Shown in pieces: positions 16,081 through 23,580 of a stretch of DNA of 33,129 bases. The position numbers were made by a program, and so were the translations under genes. Source of the DNA: an uncultured Rhodothermaceae bacterium. Its GTDB lineage: Bacteria > Bacteroidota > Rhodothermia > Rhodothermales > CAZLRO01. The notes under the pieces are model-generated. The model searched no databases and had not been told where the DNA came from. It was given only the letters and a program-made list of their open reading frames with translations. Numbering within the stretch: the stretch's first letter is position 1; each line of letters begins with the position of its first letter. The DNA lies in assembly GCA_964561865.1 (NCBI GenBank), contig CAZLRO010000005.1:1-33129 (forward strand), written 5' to 3'.

Positions 16081-17298
16081 ATGAACGTCCTGATGATTTC
16101 GCCGGGCTACCCGGATGAGATGCCGTATTTCTGCCGCGCCCTCTCCTGGGTGGGCGCCAACGTCTATGGCATCAGCGACCAGCCGCTGTGGTCGCAGCCG
16201 CAGCTTGTGCGGGATCACCTGGCGGGCTACCTCCAGTCGCCGACCCTGTGGGACGAGGACGCGGTCGTCCAGTATGTGTTGCGCTATGCGGCCCCACTGA
16301 AGATCGACCGGGTGGTGTGCCTGTGGGAGCCGGGGATGATCCTGGCCGCCCGGCTACGCGAAGCCCTCGGCACGCCGGGCATGACGGTGGCCGAGACCCT
16401 CCCCTTCCGCGACAAGGACGTGATGAAGAACGTGCTGGCCGAAGCAGGCATCCGCACACCTCACCATGCACGGGCCGCCGGGGAGAAGCAGATCGCCGCC
16501 GCCGCAAAAAAGATCGGCTATCCGGTCATTCTCAAACCCCTGGCCGGGGCCGGGTCTGCCGACACCCACCGGGTCAACAACGCCAGCGACCTCAAGACGG
16601 TCCTCCCCCAGATCGCCCACCTGCCGGAAGTGGATGTGGAAGAGTTCATCGATGGCGAGGAATATACCTTCGACACCATCTGCGTCAATGGCGAGATCAA
16701 GTATTACAGCATGACGTGGTACCGCCCGCGCCCGCTCGTTGCCCGGACGAACGAGTGGATCAGCCCGCAGATCCTCATGCTGCGCGACGTGGAGGCCGAT
16801 TACCTGGCCGAGGGCCGCGAGATGGGCCGGGCCGTGCTCCGGGCGCTGAAGTTCCGCACCGGCTTCACGCACATGGAATGGTACAAGAAAGCCAATGGGG
16901 AGGTGGTCTTTGGCGAGATCGCAGCCCGTCCACCCGGCGCCAACTCGGTCGATGTGATGAACTATGCCTCCAACATCGACCTGTATGTGGGCTGGGCCGA
17001 GGCGCGCGTCCACCTGCGCTTCACCCAGCCCGTCGAGCGGAAATACAATGCGGCCATCATCTACAAGCGGGCGCAGGGAGAAGGGCAAATCCGCGAGATT
17101 CACGGTGTGGAAGCCCTCCGGCAACGCTACGGCGATGCGGTGGTGGTGGTCAACCTGCTGCCCATCGGGGCACACCGCCGCAACTGGAAACAGACCCTCA
17201 TCTCCGATGGCTACCTCATCGTCCGCCACCCGGACCTCGACACCCTGCTCGAAATCGCCGATGCCGCTGGCACCGACGTAAACCTGTACGCCGGGTGA
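16081..17298 (+). CDS. ATP-grasp domain ligase (paralog 2)
   Basis: Motifs FRDKDVMKNVL, GYPVILKPLAGAGSA, EEFIDGEEYT, GEIAARPPGA and GYLIVRH. The ATG at 16081 starts MNVLMISPGYP. The longer track ORF from 15415 is antisense to pntAA. Confidence 0.9.
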   Translation: MNVLMISPGYPDEMPYFCRALSWVGANVYGISDQPLWSQPQLVRDHLAGYLQSPTLWDEDAVVQYVLRYAAPLKIDRVVCLWEPGMILAARLREALGTPGMTVAETLPFRDKDVMKNVLAEAGIRTPHHARAAGEKQIAAAAKKIGYPVILKPLAGAGSADTHRVNNASDLKTVLPQIAHLPEVDVEEFIDGEEYTFDTICVNGEIKYYSMTWYRPRPLVARTNEWISPQILMLRDVEADYLAEGREMGRAVLRALKFRTGFTHMEWYKKANGEVVFGEIAARPPGANSVDVMNYASNIDLYVGWAEARVHLRFTQPVERKYNAAIIYKRAQGEGQIREIHGVEALRQRYGDAVVVVNLLPIGAHRRNWKQTLISDGYLIVRHPDLDTLLEIADAAGTDVNLYAG

Positions 17299-17313
17299 AA
17301 CAAGACCCAAGGG

Positions 17314-17797
17314 GAATTGCGGATTTTGGATTGCGGATTTTTTCAAGCACCAAGTACCAGGCACCCGTAGGGGCGAAGGCCCTCTTCGCCCTCCAGGCAC
17401 CAGGCACCACACCCCCGGAAGTCCCCTCTCCCAGAGGGGTGGCACGCACGGCGCAGCCGGGCGGGACGGGGGGGGTGCACCTGTTGACCGCAACGTGGGT
17501 GCTGGTGCAGGCGCTGCGACACACCCCGTCTCCCCGATGCCCCCTGGCGCGTGCCCATCGGGGAGCCACCCCTCTCAAGAGGGGATTTTTGCGTGGGCGA
17601 CGCTGCTGCGATGTTGCTGCCCGGTGGCAAGGGCGAGATCAAGACCCCTCGTTCCTCGGGGCAGGCTCTAGCTGGTCGATCTCATGAGATCGCCAGACGG
17701 CTTCCTCGTGATGACACGTTTGGGAAGGTTGTTGCCCTCTTCACCAAGCACCAGGTACCAAGTACCCAACAGCTAACAGCCAACGGCTAACAGCTAC
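17314..17797 (+). repeat. Mosaic hairpin-rich intergenic repeat element, copy A (longest)
   Basis: Modules and hairpins:
- tandem ATTGCGGATTTT
- CAAGCACCARGTACC twice (17344-17358 and 17744-17758)
- hairpins at 17371-17391, 17423-17439, 17530-17565 and 17569-17584
- palindrome CGATCTCATGAGATCG at 17677-17692
- tandem AACAGCTAAC at the 3-prime end
About 270 nt are roughly 95% identical to the reverse complement of 27208-27455 (manual alignment). Confidence 0.9.
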
Positions 17798-17808
17798 CAC
17801 TCCCCTGA

Positions 17809-18333
17809 ATGGCCCATCCCGAACATCACCAGCACCTCCTGCAAGGGGTTGAAGCCTGGAATGCCTGGCGGCGTGCCGAGCCGACGGTACGTCCAGACCT
17901 GTCGGAGGCCGACCTCACCGGGATGCACCTCGTCGGCATCGACCTCTCCCGTACCAACCTGCGCCATGCCTTCCTCACCGTCGCCGAGCTGGAGGGGGCC
18001 AGCCTCGAAGGGGCCGACCTGCTGGGGGCCACCCTCACCGGCGCCGACCTCTCCAACGCCCGGCTCACCAGCGCACAAGTGCGCGACGCCGACCTCAGCT
18101 ATGCCAACCTGACGGAGGCGGTGCTCCGCCACTGCGACCTCACCGGCGCCAACCTCTTCGAGGCCATCCTCTTCAACGCCGACCTGCGCCAGACCCAACT
18201 GCACGAGGCCAACCTGCAGACGGCGATCCTTACCGGCGCCAACCTCTCCGGTGCCCACTGCAAGCACGCCGACTTCACCGGGGCCATTCTGGAAGGGGCC
18301 ATCCTGCCCATCGGGTTCAAACGGCTTTCGTGA
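17809..18333 (+). CDS. Pentapeptide-repeat protein
   Basis: Continuous A(D/N)LxG-type pentapeptide repeats, for example ADLTGMHLVGIDLSRTNLRHAFL...ANLSGAHCKHADFTGAIL. Confidence 0.9.
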   Translation: MAHPEHHQHLLQGVEAWNAWRRAEPTVRPDLSEADLTGMHLVGIDLSRTNLRHAFLTVAELEGASLEGADLLGATLTGADLSNARLTSAQVRDADLSYANLTEAVLRHCDLTGANLFEAILFNADLRQTQLHEANLQTAILTGANLSGAHCKHADFTGAILEGAILPIGFKRLS

Positions 18334-18408
18334 TCGCCGTGCGGACAGGACTGCGGCAGGGCCACGACCTATCCTGATGCACTAAAGCATCGTCTCGGTA
18401 AACGACCT

Positions 18409-18450
18409 CAAAACAGGATTGGTGTATCATCCAAAACAGGATTGATGTAT
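18409..18450 (+). repeat. Two 19-nt direct repeats, CAAAACAGGATTGRTGTAT, phased 23 bp apart
   Basis: 18409-18427 and 18432-18450 are identical at 18 of 19 positions. They lie in a 40%-GC non-coding stretch upstream of the AraC remnant. Confidence 0.6.
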
Positions 18451-18600
18451 TCTGCGTCGCAAGAGAGGATAAAGTGTTTTGGCTCTTGCTGAAAAAGCTA
18501 ACTTTTCCATAAGGGCTATGTGATCGATTATCTACTCCTGCTTCTTCTCATGATGCTATACGACACCCGCTCCGCAGCATTACGCCAGTTTCAGCAATAG

Positions 18601-18925
18601 CTTCACGCTCGGGAGAAGGAACTGCCTGCAGATGTTCAAAAGGTGTTCCGATGTCTGTACGATCATCTGTTCGGATTCGATATAAATGTGAACCAGGTTT
18701 TACAGACCCGTGCGATCCGTATGTCTCGCATTACATGCCTGTTATACACAGCAGTGCATCGCGGCGGCACGGAAGCTGCTGGAGCAGACGTCGGTTTCTG
18801 TAACACGGGTAGGGTTGGAGGTCGGCTTCAACAGCGTGAGCGCCTTTGACATGACGTTTGGGCAGTCTGTAGGGTGTACGCCTGCGGAGTACAGCGCGCA
18901 AGTGAAGGGGCAGTCCTCGGATTGA
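18601..18925 (+). pseudogene. Remnant of an AraC/XylS-family regulator (C-terminal HTH region only, frame-disrupted)
   Basis: The second HTH, AARKLLEQTSVSVTRVGLEVGFNSVSAFDMTFGQSVGCTPAEY, is intact in one frame. The first-HTH-like DINVNQVLQT...MSRI is in another frame and about 9 aa too short. No N-terminal sensor domain lies upstream. Confidence 0.6.
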
Positions 18926-19063
18926 GGAAAAACTTCAGGACAAAACTCAGGCACCTGCTTTCAGCAGGAGGTAATTTTGATGAAAATCAGCGTTAGGGCA
19001 TAGACCTCAAGCGGTCGATCCATAACGCTGGTGCTCACCTAAACCCAATCCTATGGAGGACTT

Positions 19064-20590
19064 ATGAGACGGTCACTTTCCTTCAAAACTCATACTGCCA
19101 TGCTCAACTCAATCTCTCCATCGCACCCCTTGCCTGCCTGGTTGCTTGCAGGCATTCTTACGGTTGCTCTGGGCGCCTGCGACACCCCTTCGATCGTCGA
19201 GTCGTCAACTCCCGATCCTGGAAAGGCAACCATCATTCAGACGGAACGCATCAGCCCTGTGGATGGCCGTCCCATCGTGCGGATGACGGAACAGGTGTTC
19301 CGGGATAGCTATATGGAGGAGGTGCGGGCGTACCTGACCCAGGCTGGTATCCCGTTGTTGCAACACCTGAAAACGCAAGTTGCCGCCAAGGCTGAAGAGG
19401 GGCATCAACTGTATCTCGGTGAGGTGCTGCGTTCGATGCCAACAGCGGCCAAGGATGCCAATCGCCCCTCTACGCATCTCGAACTGATGAGGGAAAACGA
19501 GCAGGTTACCGAGGCTTTTCTCACACTCGAAGTGTTGGGCAGCTTCGGTCCCCAACCGGTCGGGGTGGACTGCGACGAGTTGCTTAGTGCGAATACCTGC
19601 ATCACGGCATACATCGCCGATCCGGATGATGAAACGGATATTGGTGATACGGGCACGACAACGGTCTATGCTCCTTCGGTCGAAGATGCGTCGGTGCTCG
19701 TCTCGATTCTCATAGGAGAGCCCGGCATTGTGCAAGTCACTCCCGTCACTTCGACCGTAATCGGCATCGGGGTAGATAACCAGGAGTCCTCCATCGATGG
19801 CTCGGCTGGCCCCTTGGGGGTGACCGACGACACAGAGGACCGTCTCCTGGCACTGTCCCAGCTGCGCACGCAGGATAACCGTGAATCAGGTGATGCCGAA
19901 CTGGTGATGTCTATCCAGCAGACGGATGACTATAACCAGAGCTACACCAATCGCTGGAACTACTTCTTCGACAAACGCAGCACAGCAAACATTAGCTGGA
20001 CTCACCTGGCTTCGTTTATCTCTGGCATTCTGGATGGGGGTGAGCTGGACAGCCTGATGACAATCCTGGCAAAGGCGGTTCAGTTTGGAAGCACCCGGCG
20101 GGTGCAAGGGGCCGATGGGGCCGTTTACGAAGTGCCTGATGTCAATGCCGATGGCATCTCCTACAGCTTCACCGCTATGTCAAGTTGGGGATTGCTGGGT
20201 AAGGCCGCAGGTGCGAAAGCAGACTATTTCCCCATTGTGCTCCTCGGTGAGCAACCCTACCGCCTCGTGCTTCAGGAGAAGGATAACACCTGGCCCTGGA
20301 GTGACTACAAGTACTACAGTCGTCGCAAGAGCACAGCGGTGACTGAAAGTGTGAACACCTACGACTTCAGCACAGGTCAGTACAAGACCGAGGCCACCAA
20401 GTTCACGAGCAAGTCCCATTCCTGGGGGTCGAGCGATGATGTGGTGCTGCAATCCGGCGCACGCAAGGCCACTAAGCCCAATGTATTTGCTCGGATGGGC
20501 AATACCTATGATGGTACCATTACTGCGGCCACTGGTAATCACCAGTATGTATTCAGGACGGTGAAAAACCGGGTTGTAGTCAGTGGCTGA
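19064..20590 (+). CDS. Lipoprotein of unknown function (508 aa)
   Basis: GGAGGA Shine-Dalgarno 4 nt upstream of the ATG. Lipobox LTVALGAC. No recognisable domain. About 52% GC. Confidence 0.7.
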   Translation: MRRSLSFKTHTAMLNSISPSHPLPAWLLAGILTVALGACDTPSIVESSTPDPGKATIIQTERISPVDGRPIVRMTEQVFRDSYMEEVRAYLTQAGIPLLQHLKTQVAAKAEEGHQLYLGEVLRSMPTAAKDANRPSTHLELMRENEQVTEAFLTLEVLGSFGPQPVGVDCDELLSANTCITAYIADPDDETDIGDTGTTTVYAPSVEDASVLVSILIGEPGIVQVTPVTSTVIGIGVDNQESSIDGSAGPLGVTDDTEDRLLALSQLRTQDNRESGDAELVMSIQQTDDYNQSYTNRWNYFFDKRSTANISWTHLASFISGILDGGELDSLMTILAKAVQFGSTRRVQGADGAVYEVPDVNADGISYSFTAMSSWGLLGKAAGAKADYFPIVLLGEQPYRLVLQEKDNTWPWSDYKYYSRRKSTAVTESVNTYDFSTGQYKTEATKFTSKSHSWGSSDDVVLQSGARKATKPNVFARMGNTYDGTITAATGNHQYVFRTVKNRVVVSG

Positions 20591-20596
20591 AGTTTT

Positions 20597-20632
20597 GCAG
20601 GGCAGGGGGCCGTAGGAAGCCTCCTGCCCTGC
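20597..20632 (+). terminator. Terminator-like hairpin after the 508-aa lipoprotein gene
   Basis: GCAGGGCAGG-(16 nt)-CCTGCCCTGC forms a perfect 10-bp stem. No T-run follows. Confidence 0.4.
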
Positions 20633-20659
20633 GCCACCTTGTCAAGCGAGTACCCCAAC

Positions 20660-21878
20660 ATGAAACGCACACCCCGACTTTCTTATCAGGCAGGCGCTTT
20701 CCCCCTGTTCCTGGCCCTGTTGACCGCAGGCTGTGGCCTGTTCGAAGAACGAAACCCCGACGATCCCAATCGCCGCTACGACAAGGCAATATTTCCGGAA
20801 CGTACCCCGCTCATTGCAGCAACATTCGAAGCCACACCAGACACGCAGGCCTTCTATGCGCCTGCCGAAGTCTTCGTAGGGCTGATCGAAGAGCCGCTCG
20901 ATAAGGATTATGTGGTATACCTGGACCCAGCCGTCGAGGTCGATGAGGCCATCTATAGCCCTACCCTGCACGCACAGGTGATGGAGTTTGCCTATCAGGG
21001 ACATTTCCGCCCAATACCGGATACAGGCGCGGAGGTGGTGGTCACTGGCCCAACAGGTACCGCCTGGGAACAGCGGGTGGTGCTGCCCCATCATCGGGCG
21101 GGCGTTTATGTAGACACGGCAGAACGTCTGGTCATGCTGGCAGGTGGACACTATCAGTTGGACGTCCACATGCAAGACGGGCGCCACTATCAATCGGAGA
21201 TGCGGCTGCCTTCACAGCCAGACTGGTCGATCCCGGATACGCTTGAGGTTGAAGTCAAGCGGCTGTACCGGGAACGCAGTGGCAACTGTTATGAAGAGTC
21301 TGATCTCTGGGAAAACGCTCCTCGGCTACCAGATCCTCAAACTGTCAAGGATGGATCACTGGCAGCAATGCAGGTGAACTATTCCAATGACTGGGAGGTG
21401 TTTTTTTACTCCACCCGGAGGGTTTCGCTTCGAGGATCGTGGAAACTATCGGCGCGAAGGTGGAACCTATTCCATATTTACTCCTGCTGCTCATAGCACA
21501 GGTATGTTTGGTATTGGGTGGTTAGAGAAAGCTTCCCCAAAACAAGGTTTTGTATCTGAGAAGAAGGCTTGGTTTCGTTTTTCGCAGATGGAGTGGAATC
21601 TGTCTCGATTCTATTTTAATGAGTTTATTGAGTTTCTAAACTTGAATGGCGACCCTTCCAATGATAGGTATTGGAATACGGTTCCGGATGCTATATTTCA
21701 GCGAAACAGTGACTATTTCTTTGGGGTATCCAATATCAAAAAAGTAGGTGAAAACGGGGAATTGCTGCCGAAATCGGACGCAGTGGGCGTTTTTGGTGGT
21801 TATTCGTCGGTGTACCGCTCGTCCGTCATCATCCCGCGACGGACCTGGAATTTGACCCTGTTGGAAACCTGTCCATGA
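20660..21878 (+). pseudogene. DUF4249-like lipoprotein split by a +1 frameshift in a T7 run (21401-21407)
   Basis: Lipobox LALLTAGC. AEVVVTGPTGTAWEQRVVLPHHRAGVYVDTAERLVMLAGGHYQLDVHMQDGRHYQSEMRLP matches the DUF4249 central pattern. The C-terminal SNIKKVG...GVFGGYSS lies in the +1 frame (track ORF 21387-21878). Deleting one T joins ...NDWEVFF to TPPGGFRFED. Confidence 0.55.
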
Positions 21879-21939
21879 TGACAATATTCCTCGCAATCAT
21901 CCTCATTATTTTATCTCAAAATCCTACCGGATAACGACG

Positions 21940-22656
21940 ATGAAAAAGGAAACGTACAGCAGTAGCCTGCTTATTTTGATGGTGCAGGTCCTCGTGGTTT
22001 TGCCCGTGCTGGCCCAGGTAGAGCACTCCGATCCGGGGCGTTCACACTTGCTGCTCTCGCCGACGGCGCGCTCGCTGGGGAGCGGGCAGTGGAAGGCCGG
22101 CTTACGGGAGCTGGTGTTCCCGTTTGTGGGCGTAGGCGTGGGGGACCGTGTCTCGCTGGCAGGCGGGCGTTCGGTGATCCCGGATCAGGAGAACCAGTTT
22201 ACCTACCTTATACCACAAGTGAACGTGCTGCGTCGTTCCCAGGCGCACGTGGCAGTCGGCACGCTGGCGATGCGGCAAGACGGTGGGGATTGGGGCGGGG
22301 TAGCCTATAGCGTGGGCACCTTCGGGGCCGACCACCGCGCCTTGACGGTTGGCTTGGGAGTTCCCTATAACGAAAATGGTTTCAAGACGGCACCCGTGCT
22401 CATGGCCGGTGGCGACCTGGCCCTAACACCCCATCTCCGGTTGCTGGCCGAATCGCTGTGGTTGCCCGACGCTGAAGGCTCGGCGCTGGTGACGGGCCTG
22501 GGCCTGCGGGTGCACCATCGCTGGGTCGCAGTCGATGGTGGTGTGTTCACCCTGTCAGGGAAAACCTTCGACGATGCCGACACGGACCTGGAGGTGGACT
22601 GGCCGCTCGTGCCCTGGCTCAGTGTGACGTTTCAGCAGGGGCGGCGGGGACGTTAG
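21940..22656 (+). CDS. Secreted hypothetical protein, possibly a small outer-membrane beta-barrel
   Basis: Signal peptide LVVLPVLAQ. Alternating hydrophobic/Gly-rich beta-strand-like pattern. No recognised domain. Confidence 0.55.
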   Translation: MKKETYSSSLLILMVQVLVVLPVLAQVEHSDPGRSHLLLSPTARSLGSGQWKAGLRELVFPFVGVGVGDRVSLAGGRSVIPDQENQFTYLIPQVNVLRRSQAHVAVGTLAMRQDGGDWGGVAYSVGTFGADHRALTVGLGVPYNENGFKTAPVLMAGGDLALTPHLRLLAESLWLPDAEGSALVTGLGLRVHHRWVAVDGGVFTLSGKTFDDADTDLEVDWPLVPWLSVTFQQGRRGR

Positions 22657-23461
22657 ACGGATGAGCGGCCAGGGTATCGGCCTGTCCGTGCCGGGCTGTC
22701 GTCCAGTGAGCCGGGTCGAAGAGGCGCGCGTCCAGGGCTACGTTGGGACGCAGGTGGTGGTAGAACGCCGCCATGACCAGCGTCGTATCGGTGTAGATGC
22801 GAACCTCCGGGGCGATCCAGCCTGTGCCGAGCGGATGGTAGCCGTTGAACTGTACCTCCTGCGTCCGCTCACCCTCGTTGCCCACAGGCTGGCGCATCCG
22901 CACGAACACCAGCCGCTCCTGGTCGATCCAGAACTGCGGCGCGGAATCGTCCTCCGGCGCGGCACCCACCACGTACACCGGACGCCCCTGCCACGTCGCC
23001 TCGTGCATCACCGAGAGGTCGAAACCGAGGCGTTCGAGACGGGCCGAGACGGTGTCCAGGGGCAAGAAATACACGTCGAACCCCATCAACAGCAGCGGAT
23101 GGATCACCGGGCCAGCCTTCGTGACCCGGCCTTGCTCGAACGTGAAGAGGGAGTCGTCGGCAAAGAGCATTCCGTTGCCCTCCGACGGGTCGCCCACGTC
23201 GATGCGAAGATAGCCCGGTAACCGGAAGGCTTCCTCCCAGCGGGTCGTGTCCGGGCGGCGGCCGTTGTACTGGATGGTCGTCTGCTCGAGCATGAGCGTA
23301 GCATACCACTGACCTGCGTAGCGCGTCTGCATGGCCTGGAGCACCGCTGCCGCCGAGGTGATCGGCGCAGGTGCCGGAGCAGGTGCAGGCTGCGGGGTAC
23401 AAGTCGGGTTCTCCCACAACAACCACAGCGTCAGCACAAAAGACAGGGGTATCCGATGCAT
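22619..23461 (-). CDS. Hypothetical exported protein, possibly LolA-fold-like
   Basis: N-terminal hydrophobic segment followed by a PAPAPAPAP linker. The fold assignment is only an impression from the pattern AVLQAMQTRYAG..WYATL. The 3-prime end overlaps the convergent gene by 38 nt. Confidence 0.5.
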   Translation of the reverse strand: MHRIPLSFVLTLWLLWENPTCTPQPAPAPAPAPITSAAAVLQAMQTRYAGQWYATLMLEQTTIQYNGRRPDTTRWEEAFRLPGYLRIDVGDPSEGNGMLFADDSLFTFEQGRVTKAGPVIHPLLLMGFDVYFLPLDTVSARLERLGFDLSVMHEATWQGRPVYVVGAAPEDDSAPQFWIDQERLVFVRMRQPVGNEGERTQEVQFNGYHPLGTGWIAPEVRIYTDTTLVMAAFYHHLRPNVALDARLFDPAHWTTARHGQADTLAAHPSNVPAAPAETSH

Positions 23462-23544
23462 CGTCGTCCAGGGCTGGGTGCCGCAACAAACCGCCGGGAA
23501 TTCGGGCCTGTTCCAGGAGTACAGATTTTCGACGCTGGGAAAAT

Positions 23545-23580
23545 TATAGTCAAATTGACGATATCGTCAATTTGACTATA
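23545..23580. repeat. 36-bp perfect AT-rich palindrome made of two overlapping TATAGTCA-N3-TGACGATA units
   Basis: TATAGTCAAATTGACGATATCGTCAATTTGACTATA is its own reverse complement. It abuts the stop codon of the acyltransferase gene at 23581. Confidence 0.9.

Noticed and set aside
17551-17790. ORFs inside the mosaic repeats share peptide strings such as LLPGGKGEIKTPRSSGQALAGRSHEI..LPRDDTFGKV (17551-17790, 27221-27583, and 1870-2166 in part).
   Set aside because: The similarity is at nucleotide level. The copies differ by an 11-nt indel, and modules are shuffled or flipped between copies. The third copy does not preserve the frame, and the sequence is dominated by palindromes.
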